Below, piece by piece: positions 52,519-60,412 of a stretch of DNA of 64,000 bases. The DNA is taken from the IMG/VR virus record IMGVR_UViG_2786546475_000019, positions 974 through 64,973 of that record, one strand, 5' to 3'. The notes beneath the pieces are model-generated. The model searched no databases, was not told the DNA's origin, and was given only the letters and a program-made list of their open reading frames with translations. The DNA comes from a virus. The translations under genes were made by a program, and so were the position numbers. Each line of letters starts with the position of its first letter. The stretch's first letter is position 1.

Positions 52519-53062
52519 TGGCCACGGCTCCCATCTTAAGAACCTTGGCACACATTGCCAACAATTTGGCGTGGTGTCGGGGAGCTTCAACATGGTTCTC
52601 GAACCATGAATCATCCGCCCCACATGGTAGCTTGACTCCCCCGGCTCGGAAGTATTGATAATTGTGCCGTGCGACACGGGCATTGTCCCGTGCATTGAGC
52701 AAGCACTCCCGTCTCGTGGCCCGTGGCGGACGAAGATGGTCGAATTTCATCAAAAGAACGCTATCAATGGAAGATTTCCCGCATCCTGCGTCTCGCAGCG
52801 TGCGAATATCATCCGCTGCGGCTTTGCGAGCGGTTCGAACCCACTCAATATGGGCCAGAGCTTCCCGATAAAGGTCGATCTGTTCGCTGATCCAGTAGCC
52901 AAGGGTGGCCTCAAAATCATGGAGAGTTACTTGATAGTCCAGAGTTCCGACCCAACGTAGCGGGGTGCCTGGAATGTAAGCTTTGTAGTCGTGGCCGGAA
53001 GCCTCGACCTCGACAGGCAAATCGTTGACGTAGAACATTCCAAGAGGTTGCATAGCTTTCAT
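52511..53062 (-). CDS. hypothetical protein
   Basis: start moved to ATG 53062 behind cassette B2. Confidence 0.5.
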   Translation of the reverse strand: MKAMQPLGMFYVNDLPVEVEASGHDYKAYIPGTPLRWVGTLDYQVTLHDFEATLGYWISEQIDLYREALAHIEWVRTARKAAADDIRTLRDAGCGKSSIDSVLLMKFDHLRPPRATRRECLLNARDNARVARHNYQYFRAGGVKLPCGADDSWFENHVEAPRHHAKLLAMCAKVLKMGAVANV

Positions 53063-53087
53063 GATAATCCTTTCAAGTGAGAAAAAA

Positions 53088-53134
53088 GTAAACAACGGTC
53101 CCTGCACCTCACGAGTGCATGGTACGTTGGCTAC
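53088..53134 (-). promoter_or_regulatory. intergenic stem-loop cassette B2
   Basis: - strand GTAGCCAACGTACC-ATGCAC-TCGTGAG-GTGCAG-GGACCGTTGTTTAC, then TTTTTTCTCACTTGAAAGGATTATCATG. Confidence 0.7.
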
Positions 53135-53144
53135 TGGCTTGCTA

Positions 53145-53570
53145 CTAAACAATTGCCCTCTGATTCAGTTCAGGAACAACAGTGTGAGCTATCAATATCC
53201 CAAGCTTGACGCCCCAGTTGACGAGTCTTTGATAAGCTTCGTCCAGCTCCGCCAACGTCTTATATTTAAGGGTCAGCCCGCTGATTAGCAAAGGCTCACC
53301 GTCGCGAGTCGCTCGCAACACGCATTTCCCGTCCCCGGTTGTGATAGAAAAGCTGCATTTATCAGCTAGTCGTAGCTGCGGTATGCCAACCATGTTCAAT
53401 TTTCGTCGAACGTATTGGCGAGCCGCCTGGGAGTCCGTAGCATACGTGACCTTGAGGTGCTCAATAATTTGTTGAGTGTCGGACGTGCCATACAGCTCCT
53501 GAAGTCGCTGATCGGTCTCAAACATCAGAAGTTGCTCGATGAAATTCCAAGTCGTGTGATTGTTAATCAT
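53145..53570 (-). CDS. hypothetical protein
   Basis: 141-aa ORF behind cassette B3. Confidence 0.5.
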   Translation of the reverse strand: MINNHTTWNFIEQLLMFETDQRLQELYGTSDTQQIIEHLKVTYATDSQAARQYVRRKLNMVGIPQLRLADKCSFSITTGDGKCVLRATRDGEPLLISGLTLKYKTLAELDEAYQRLVNWGVKLGILIAHTVVPELNQRAIV

Positions 53571-53591
53571 GATAATCCTTTCAAGAAATTA

Positions 53592-53638
53592 GTAAACAAC
53601 GGTCCATGCACCTCATGGGTGCACGGTACGTCAGCTAC
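53592..53638 (-). promoter_or_regulatory. intergenic stem-loop cassette B3
   Basis: - strand GTAGCTGACGTACC-GTGCACC-CATGA-GGTGCAT-GGACCGTTGTTTAC. Confidence 0.7.
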
Positions 53639-53645
53639 CAACTAC

Positions 53646-54014
53646 TTATACTTCAGTCCGCCACTTAAGCCAGAATTCCAACATAGCGTTAAAGTTGTGG
53701 TAAGTCCCGTCGTCTTCGACGTTATGATAATCTTCAAGGTCCAACGGGGCGAACTCCTCAAGTGTCTCACGCAACGGTCTGACGGTGTGTGAACCATTCG
53801 TTGAGTAAGAATATGAAACTTCCGTTAACGCCTCACATCGCACAATAAAGGTTTCGAAAGTTTTCTCAAGCCGAGATTGGAGCCTGCGATCTTTGATTTC
53901 TCGAACTATCAGTACCGGGGTTCCTGGTCCTTTGACCAATAACCCTTTCTTGATTTCGATTCGGTTCTCTTTGACTTCTCGACAGATTTTGAACAACATA
54001 GACTTAGCTTTCAT
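53646..54014 (-). CDS. hypothetical protein
   Basis: 122-aa ORF behind cassette B4. Confidence 0.5.
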   Translation of the reverse strand: MKAKSMLFKICREVKENRIEIKKGLLVKGPGTPVLIVREIKDRRLQSRLEKTFETFIVRCEALTEVSYSYSTNGSHTVRPLRETLEEFAPLDLEDYHNVEDDGTYHNFNAMLEFWLKWRTEV

Positions 54015-54038
54015 GATAATCCTTTCAAGTGAGAAACA

Positions 54039-54085
54039 GTAAACAACGGTCCGGGCTACCCGTGGGCAGCACGGTACGTTGGCTA
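54039..54085 (-). promoter_or_regulatory. intergenic stem-loop cassette B4
   Basis: - strand TAGCCAACGTACC-GTGCTGCCCACGGGTAGCCC-GGACCGTTGTTTAC. Confidence 0.7.
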
Positions 54086-54093
54086 TTGATAGA

Positions 54094-54113
54094 CCTAGGC
54101 CCGAAGGCCCAGG
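54094..54113 (-). promoter_or_regulatory. stable hairpin with a UUCG tetraloop in - sense (CCUGGGCC-UUCG-GGCCUAGG)
   Basis: 8-bp stem; the single non-Watson-Crick pair is G-U in - sense but A-C in + sense. Confidence 0.55.
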
Positions 54114-54168
54114 ATTAAATCCAGATTGTCAAAGATCAAAATTATCATTTGTGTCCCGCCACTGGCGG

Positions 54169-54284
54169 AAATGATATGATAGCTTACAGACCTACGGTCA
54201 ATCTATTCTATACTTAATATCGGCAATTGGGAAGTAAGAAAATAGATTATTTTTGAAAATAATCAAAACTTTATCATATCATTT
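54169..54284. promoter_or_regulatory. operator pair AAATGATATGATA (54169-54181) / TATCATATCATTT (54272-54284) bracketing the palindrome GATTATTTT-TG-AAAATAATC (54245-54264)
   Basis: exact reverse-complement 13-mers; the identical pair occurs at 59227/59347. Confidence 0.7.
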
Positions 54285-54285
54285 T

Positions 54286-54627
54286 TTACACTGTTTCCTT
54301 CTCAATGATAATCCCATTGATTTCGAATTGGTTCGTGACCATATGCCAATGCATATCATTATACAGGAACCGATAGCAAGTTCTCCGATACCTGAACTCG
54401 TGACTAGGCCCATGGGCCGTGTACTCGGGTGTAGGCCATTTATCAATGTACCCTGTTAGAGACACGGACCTTTCATCTGGAAAAAAGAATTCAGGCTCTT
54501 GGACCTTGATCAATTCATCGTTGGACAAGTTACGGAGCCAAAGCCTATCTTCATCAAGATGATAATTTGCCTGCCACTCAAACCAAGCTTCAAACTCAGT
54601 CATGAAACAGTATGGGTTTCTGTTCAT
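54286..54627 (-). CDS. hypothetical protein
   Basis: start moved to ATG 54627 (GGGAG RBS, 1 nt after the methylase stop). Confidence 0.5.
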   Translation of the reverse strand: MNRNPYCFMTEFEAWFEWQANYHLDEDRLWLRNLSNDELIKVQEPEFFFPDERSVSLTGYIDKWPTPEYTAHGPSHEFRYRRTCYRFLYNDMHWHMVTNQFEINGIIIEKETV

Positions 54628-54628
54628 G

Positions 54629-55396
54629 TTAACTCCCAAGAATATAAAGTGCTTCAACCACGGAAGATCGAATCTCGCCAGCAGATTGATAGATTCGATA
54701 CTCGTACTTTTCAGTCCATTCCTGAGCTTCCAAGTATGTGTTCTTGTAGTGATTGATAACAACAGTGCCTTGTCGGTCCTTGGCCCACGAAACAATTTCC
54801 TCAAGCGAGATCAGATCGAACCCTTGTGTCTCATCGTAAGGCGGGTCCAAGTAGAATAACGCATCGACACTATCATATGAAGCTAGCTTCTTCCAGTCCC
54901 AATTCTCGATTTGCCACTTGCTAATACGAGCACGAAGCAGGGGCCAGATTCTCATTTTACTGGCTACATTCGGCTGCTTCTGTGAGAAGTTGCGAGCGTA
55001 GTTAAGCCTCCGCCCCAAGTAAGACATAACCGCTGTCACGTACCACTTTGCTGCACGCTTCACGGGGTTACTTGATAGCTGCCAAGTCTTTTTGCAATGC
55101 AACCATTCTTCTTCGGAAGAAGGATGATACTTTTTAAGTTCTTCGACAAGCTCCTCGTAGTGGTTACGGAACGCTCGATAGAAGTCAATGATCCCGGAGT
55201 CTTTATCATTAAACACCATGTACGGGAACTGAGCCACGTTCAATGATACCATTCCTGTCCCGCCAAACACGTCAATAAATTTCTTGTGCGTGTCTCGCAT
55301 GTGGTTCAGAATAGGAAGAATATGTTGCAAGGCCCGTGCCTTAGACCCTATCATTCGAAACGGAGCTTCACGTTTCTTGAAGTCTTTATCAGTCAT
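54629..55396 (-). CDS. dam: Dam-type N6-adenine DNA methyltransferase
   Basis: MIGSKARAL...FIDVFGGTGMV (SAM binding) and YLDPPY catalytic motif. Confidence 0.8.
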   Translation of the reverse strand: MTDKDFKKREAPFRMIGSKARALQHILPILNHMRDTHKKFIDVFGGTGMVSLNVAQFPYMVFNDKDSGIIDFYRAFRNHYEELVEELKKYHPSSEEEWLHCKKTWQLSSNPVKRAAKWYVTAVMSYLGRRLNYARNFSQKQPNVASKMRIWPLLRARISKWQIENWDWKKLASYDSVDALFYLDPPYDETQGFDLISLEEIVSWAKDRQGTVVINHYKNTYLEAQEWTEKYEYRIYQSAGEIRSSVVEALYILGS

Positions 55397-55581
55397 CCTA
55401 GTATCTCCAAGAGAACATTTAATTGGTCAGCACACGTCCGATACCCTTGTCGCTCGGCTTCGCGACGGTTTTCAAACTCCTGACCTTCTGGAGACCCATC
55501 AACTATTTCAGGTCGAGCCCCTTTCTCTCGCCACTTCTCAATCAACGCTTCTAAAACTTCTCGCTTGATACTTTTAGTCAT
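55393..55581 (-). CDS. small hypothetical protein
   Basis: start moved to ATG 55581 (GGGAGGAAAG RBS, ATGA overlap). Confidence 0.45.
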   Translation of the reverse strand: MTKSIKREVLEALIEKWREKGARPEIVDGSPEGQEFENRREAERQGYRTCADQLNVLLEILG

Positions 55582-55976
55582 ACGACTTTCCTCCCGTGTG
55601 TTAATGTAATTGTTTCGCCAGTTTGGGTAGTCTCTGTCCACGTCTTAGACCACGGACCTCGAATTGATAGCATCCACCCTTTGCCCTCGACCTTATGGTT
55701 CAGCTCGTGAGGTGTGTACTTTACTCGGAACTTTTTATACTCCCGTGGCCAGCCGTAAATACAGTCAAAGTCGTCCGGTTTCCGAACAAACTCCGTGGCC
55801 CATCCCATTAGGAGCATGGTCCATGCATTGAACGCATGGGTGTGGAAGTTCCGTTCAGCAGCACCGCCCTTCACTCGAAGCAGAACGATTGAGAACAAAC
55901 ATTTGATTTCAATGATAAAGAACCCTGTTACGTTGGACTTTGGTCCACCATCTTTACGCCATGATAATAACCTCAT
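55578..55976 (-). CDS. hypothetical protein
   Basis: 132-aa ORF. Confidence 0.5.
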   Translation of the reverse strand: MRLLSWRKDGGPKSNVTGFFIIEIKCLFSIVLLRVKGGAAERNFHTHAFNAWTMLLMGWATEFVRKPDDFDCIYGWPREYKKFRVKYTPHELNHKVEGKGWMLSIRGPWSKTWTETTQTGETITLTHGRKVV

Positions 55977-55979
55977 AGT

Positions 55980-58586
55980 TTAAGTTGCCCTTTCTCCCTT
56001 AATCGTTTCCCTTTTAACACCGTCTGGAGTTTCAACAAAACGAAACCCGTTGTCTTTCGGAGCTTCATACGAGAAGCGAACATTGTAGATACATGTCTTT
56101 TGCATCTCGTCAATAGCTATCAAATACATTTCCGCTAGGTTCTGTTCGAACTTCTTACGATTTGCTCGCCCCCCGTCGTCCATGTAGTTCTTATACAGAA
56201 GTTGAAGCTCCACTTTTGATCCAGGCTGTTCTTGGAGCACGGACCGTGCAAAGAGTTCAACGTCGGTTCGGTTCAAGTCCGCAGCTTGCTCTTTATCAAC
56301 CGTATCCACAACAGGAACATTCAAACGCCCCTGAGTTGGCGGTATTTGATACGCTAACAAGGCATACAGAAACGCGGGAGCTTGAGCTTCCAGTTGTTCC
56401 AAAAGAAGTTTCTTTGGAATAACTTTATCTGGCTTCTTGGGTACATTGATAACCGTGATTCGGGTGTCTCCGGGAAGTATCGGACAGAACTCACGATTGT
56501 TCGCGGTGTGAATCCAATGCGACGTATTAGGTATCATGTAAGCGGGCTTGCCTTTTGTGTTGACTGAGATTACTTTGGACGTAACATAGTCTTTAACTTT
56601 TTGATAAACAGTGGAGTCCGAGTTCAAGTTAATCTCCTCAAGAACGCAAAGCACCGCCCCAGCAAGTTCACTGTTGAACGAGCTGACTAACGCGTTCTCC
56701 GCTCGAACGACACCGGGACTAAACAACAATGATAATGCTTCATGCAAAATCGACTTCCCGGTGTCTTGCTCCGTGGAATACAAAAACAGAAACGGCAAAG
56801 GTTCAAACGGTTGTTGTATCAATGACGCGACCCACGCAAACAGATAGTCGTGTCCTTTGCAAATACCGTTCTCCGTGAACCAATTATCCTTACGAACGTA
56901 TTGATCTAGAGAGTGTCCGATATGGTCCAGAATCTTCATCCAAAGATCAAAGTTTCCTTCTTCTGGAGTGTGTCGCAGTTGAGCAGCTCCCCGATTCCAT
57001 AAACGATTACCCGGATATTCAGACTCAAAGGGTCGTGAAACAATGTTCCAGGGCTTCATGATAGCTTCACCCTGCATCTGCTGAATCTCTTTAGTGTTCA
57101 TTCCTTGGCTTTTGAGACCGAGCGTCAGGTTGGCGATCGGTTCTTCGATCCAACCGTTATCATGCGTCTCAATAGCCCAACCGGCGTCCACGCTACCCAT
57201 AATCATGTGACGAATCTGCGTATTCGTGTCCACGTCATACGGGCTACCAGTACGAGACTCTTTTATCACTTTCAACCAACGTGTTCCTTTTGCGATCCAA
57301 CCTTCAATGCCGCCTGGGTCGCCTTTGATTTTCGGAATCTCAATTTTAAGCTTGTTTTCCTTTAGCTGAGTGACAGTTGCTTGACGAGCTATCAATACTT
57401 CGTCAATGGCTTGCATTTCATGTTGCTGGAAAAGCTTAGTCAATTTATGAGCAGGAAGCACCATTCCTTTTTTATCATCTTCTAACGCTCCTGAATCTTT
57501 CACCAAGGTCCAAAGCGGTGGAACATAATTCAAATACGTGCGAGTCCATCCGTTCTTCGTGGTCCACGATTCATGTTCCTTGGCTTCGTTGCCATATCGG
57601 TACACGGCCCATGCTCCGTGTGGAAGCGGATACGCGAAGCAGTTCTGTTTGTGGAGATCAGTTCCGTCACTGATAGTCTGGAAATCGCCTTTAAACCCGA
57701 GTTCTTTGGAAGCTTGCTCCAATAGTTTAGTGTGCGTGATAAACATCTTTCCTTCCGCGTTCCAGTAACCAAACGCGGAGTTGTTATTCATCCACTCAAG
57801 CAAACGCTCATGTTCTTCTTCAAGCGTCACGGACTGTTTGTGCTTGATAATTTCTTCCATACGGTCATCAGCATAAGAGTGTTTCTTCTTACCGCTCACG
57901 ACGCCAATATGATCTCGCCATCCCAGCGGCTCTTTGATATGGGCCTCAGCTTCCTTAATAATTTGAAAGCCGTTCTCTCCCGTTTTCCGTGACCATACCC
58001 ACATATTACAACCGAAAACATCAACTGCAAGGTCAAAGTCGAAACCAGTCTCAAGACATAGTTGACTCAGAACGCCGCGAGCAAGAGCAGCGTGTTCTGC
58101 CCGACTTGTCGTAGTGATAAGGTCTTCAAAGAAAACATATAAGTGGTAGCCAGCTCCACTTTTAGATCGTTGTACTCGCACCCAAGGTACGTTACACGCT
58201 CGTTGTTGAATATCAAGTAGATCAGTCTGCGTTAGCTTGTGCTTGTGCCGAGCTGAGTGGCCCACGATACCGTCAAAGTCGAAAGCAACATATCGCGAGA
58301 TGCATTGCCCAAAGTCCCACCCCGATAAACCAACCATTGAGGCGTGATCTTCCAGGCTGAACTTGATATTTCCTTCATCGTATTTGCCATCAATTCGAAA
58401 ATTCTTCCAGACTTGAACACCGTCAGTCCACTCCCGGTAGGTCCGACCTTTGTATTCCTTATCAACAGGCTCGCCGCCATCAGCGGCTACGTTTACTTGA
58501 ACTTCCATTGTAGGCGAGTATAACGCCGCCATGTGGGGTTCTGCGTTATCACGCAAGAATCGTTCTAAAGCTTCACTTTTACGCAT
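55980..58586 (-). CDS. AEP primase-polymerase fused to an SF3 (D5/P4-type) helicase
   Basis: VAFDFDGIV and SKSGAGYHLYVFF (AEP motifs); Walker A STEQDTGKS in the C-terminal half; start set to ATG 58586 (GAGG RBS), track start 58592 is TTG. Confidence 0.8.
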   Translation of the reverse strand: MRKSEALERFLRDNAEPHMAALYSPTMEVQVNVAADGGEPVDKEYKGRTYREWTDGVQVWKNFRIDGKYDEGNIKFSLEDHASMVGLSGWDFGQCISRYVAFDFDGIVGHSARHKHKLTQTDLLDIQQRACNVPWVRVQRSKSGAGYHLYVFFEDLITTTSRAEHAALARGVLSQLCLETGFDFDLAVDVFGCNMWVWSRKTGENGFQIIKEAEAHIKEPLGWRDHIGVVSGKKKHSYADDRMEEIIKHKQSVTLEEEHERLLEWMNNNSAFGYWNAEGKMFITHTKLLEQASKELGFKGDFQTISDGTDLHKQNCFAYPLPHGAWAVYRYGNEAKEHESWTTKNGWTRTYLNYVPPLWTLVKDSGALEDDKKGMVLPAHKLTKLFQQHEMQAIDEVLIARQATVTQLKENKLKIEIPKIKGDPGGIEGWIAKGTRWLKVIKESRTGSPYDVDTNTQIRHMIMGSVDAGWAIETHDNGWIEEPIANLTLGLKSQGMNTKEIQQMQGEAIMKPWNIVSRPFESEYPGNRLWNRGAAQLRHTPEEGNFDLWMKILDHIGHSLDQYVRKDNWFTENGICKGHDYLFAWVASLIQQPFEPLPFLFLYSTEQDTGKSILHEALSLLFSPGVVRAENALVSSFNSELAGAVLCVLEEINLNSDSTVYQKVKDYVTSKVISVNTKGKPAYMIPNTSHWIHTANNREFCPILPGDTRITVINVPKKPDKVIPKKLLLEQLEAQAPAFLYALLAYQIPPTQGRLNVPVVDTVDKEQAADLNRTDVELFARSVLQEQPGSKVELQLLYKNYMDDGGRANRKKFEQNLAEMYLIAIDEMQKTCIYNVRFSYEAPKDNGFRFVETPDGVKRETIKGERAT

Positions 58587-58603
58587 TAACAAACCTCATT
58601 AAC

Positions 58604-58618
58604 AAATTGATATCATTT
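58604..58618. promoter_or_regulatory. near-palindromic operator-like site AAATTGATATCATTT in the primase leader
   Basis: related to the AAATGATA / TATCATTT half-sites. Confidence 0.45.
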
Positions 58619-58652
58619 TCGATAACAGATTCGAGAAAGCCCGAAACAACCA

Positions 58653-58708
58653 GACTTCACCCTATAGCTACGAGTGGCGGGATATCGGATTGCCCCACAA
58701 AATGAAAA
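58653..58708 (-). promoter_or_regulatory. promoter-like module A3
   Basis: - strand TTTTCA-TTTTGT-GGGGCAATCC-GATATCCCGCC-ACTCGTAGCTATAGGGTGAAGTC, about 70 nt upstream of ATG 58586. Confidence 0.6.
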
Positions 58709-58793
58709 TAAATCGAGTTAATGGAAATTGATACGAAACTTTAATGACGTTTCCAGTGCAGCGTTATCATTATTCTCTCACGTACGCGAAGCC

Positions 58794-58932
58794 ATTAACG
58801 TTTTTGATACTCAAACCTTTAATTTAAGCTTCTACTTCTTATGGGTACGAGGTGAAAGTAAAATATAGTAGTAGTGTAAATATTATAAGGATTTCAGCCG
58901 CTCAGGCGAGCTTCTGATAAGAAAACGTTAAT
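58794..58932. repeat. 11-bp inverted repeat ATTAACGTTTT / AAAACGTTAAT flanking a very AT-rich stretch
   Basis: arms at 58794-58804 and 58922-58932; related TTTTACGTTAAAT at 58941. Confidence 0.7.
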
Positions 58933-59017
58933 GAGCCAAATTTTACGTTAAATTGGTATGTTTCGACGGGAATTGATACCGTCTCACTGCTCTCCTCCCG
59001 AACCTTGCATCTTGGCT

Positions 59018-59058
59018 CACGCTACACGTATCACGCTACACGTATCACGCTACACGTA
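59018..59058 (+). repeat. tandem 14-mer CACGCTACACGTAT x2.9
   Basis: units at 59018, 59032 and 59046; followed by ACGT/CGCGTG-rich repeats up to 59225. Confidence 0.9.
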
Positions 59059-59142
59059 CGCGTAGCACGTGGGTACGTGCCAGGGCCAAAGACCTTGAGT
59101 TCTCTTTTAAGTCTCGGAACTGACGTGTAAATTAGTAAGCGG

Positions 59143-59169
59143 TTATCATTTTGCGTGAGCAAATGATAA
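59143..59169. promoter_or_regulatory. inverted repeat TTATCATTT-N9-AAATGATAA
   Basis: perfect 9-bp arms. Confidence 0.6.
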
Positions 59170-59226
59170 TTCTCGCGTGCTCCCGCGTGTCCCGCACGTG
59201 CGACTATTTAAATACGCGACGTGCGT

Positions 59227-59359
59227 AAATGATATGATACATGGTTTTCAAAATACTTGAAAATATTTTCAAAATACGGGGCAATCCTGCCCGGTTTTAT
59301 TCGTAGCTATAGGGGGAAAGTAGACTGTTTTACTTTCCAAAACGACTATCATATCATTT
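59227..59359. promoter_or_regulatory. operator pair AAATGATATGATA (59227-59239) / TATCATATCATTT (59347-59359) bracketing module A2
   Basis: exact 13-mers identical to the 54169/54272 pair. Confidence 0.7.
59257..59322 (+). promoter_or_regulatory. promoter-like module A2: palindrome TTGAAAATATTTTCAA, then TTTTCA-N6-GGGGCAATCC-N11-TATTCGTAGCTATAGGGGGAAAGT
   Basis: same 29-nt spacing from GGGG to CTATAGGG as A1 and A3. Confidence 0.6.
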
Positions 59360-59374
59360 GTGGAGAAGTCCAAC

Positions 59375-60403
59375 ATGGCAGAAGAAACTCAAGCTACCGA
59401 AACTATCATTTCAGAAGGATTGACTCAAGAGCAGTTCGAATCCGTGGGTAGCGACATTCAGGCGATTTCTATCAATGAGATCACCGTCCCTGAAGTTAAG
59501 CTTCGTGGCGTGAACACCGAAGGGGAAGAATACTTGGAACTCAAGGATTCTATCAAATCGCAAGGACTGTTGCAGAACATTACTGTACGTCCCGTCGAAA
59601 TCGCTGGCAAGCAAGGCTACGAACTTATCACTGGGCTCCAGCGATATACTGCTTGCAAGGAACTCGGACATGAGACTATCGACGCTCGTGTGAAAGAAAT
59701 GTCCGAGCAAGAAGCTTGGTTGTGGATGATCCACGAAAACACTCAACGTGTTACGCAAAAAGCGTCAGATATCACCAAGCTCTTGAAGCGTCTGATCGCC
59801 AAAGATCCAACGATGTCTATTCCACGACTCGCGAAGCTTTTGTCGAAGTCCGTGCCCCAAGTACAGAACTATCTGGCACTTGATAAACTGACCGACGAGG
59901 CAAAGGAATTGGTCGATGATGAAACCATCGGTTTGACCAACGCAGTTGCTCTCGCCAAGCTCCCACCTGAGGAGCAGGAAGACTTGCTTGCTGACGCGTC
60001 AACAATGACCGTTGCTGAATTTGTTCCACTTGTAAACGAACGAAAAGAAAAGGTTGATCAAGCCAATCGTGAAGCTCGTGAACAGGAAAAGAACACGTTT
60101 TCTCCGAAACCAAAAGCTCGCAAGAAAGACGATCTCGTCACCGAGCTTGGAATTATCATGGGCACGGAGACTGGCACTTCGCTTCTTATGGAGTGCTTGA
60201 ACGGTCAGGATGTTGATACTTCCAACCAGAATGTCAAGGCAGTTATCACTCAGACAATGGAGTGGGTCCTGAACCTTGATCCAGCGTCCGTCGACGCTCA
60301 ACGAGCGAAATGGGAAGACGCCAAAAAGAAGCGGGAAGAACGAGAAAAAGCGAAAGCTGCCGCTCGTGCCGAACGTGAAAAGGCGAAAGCCCTGGAAATC
60401 TAA
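59375..60403 (+). CDS. ParB-like N-terminal domain protein
   Basis: LKDSIKSQGLLQNITVRPV...YELITGLQRYTACKELGHETIDARV; start set to ATG 59375 (GGAG RBS), track start 59360 is GTG; Lys/Glu/Ala-rich C-terminus. Confidence 0.75.
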   Translation: MAEETQATETIISEGLTQEQFESVGSDIQAISINEITVPEVKLRGVNTEGEEYLELKDSIKSQGLLQNITVRPVEIAGKQGYELITGLQRYTACKELGHETIDARVKEMSEQEAWLWMIHENTQRVTQKASDITKLLKRLIAKDPTMSIPRLAKLLSKSVPQVQNYLALDKLTDEAKELVDDETIGLTNAVALAKLPPEEQEDLLADASTMTVAEFVPLVNERKEKVDQANREAREQEKNTFSPKPKARKKDDLVTELGIIMGTETGTSLLMECLNGQDVDTSNQNVKAVITQTMEWVLNLDPASVDAQRAKWEDAKKKREEREKAKAAARAEREKAKALEI

Positions 60404-60412
60404 ATTGATAGT

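Noticed and set aside
53063-53100. B cassettes as sigma-70 promoters (TTTACT ... GATTAT)
   Set aside because: The spacing between the two hexamers is 17, 13, 11 and 16 nt in the four copies, and the putative -10 abuts the ATG. This is inconsistent with a promoter, so I favour an RNA-level role.
2688-53570. Apparent excess of genes starting ATGAT(A/T) (Met-Ile: 2688, 13215, 25238, 31749, 35655, 36347, 41024, 41567, 42086, 48850, 53570)
   Set aside because: This is probably ordinary A/T-rich second-codon preference, overlapping with the ATGATA operator-like word. I could not test significance.
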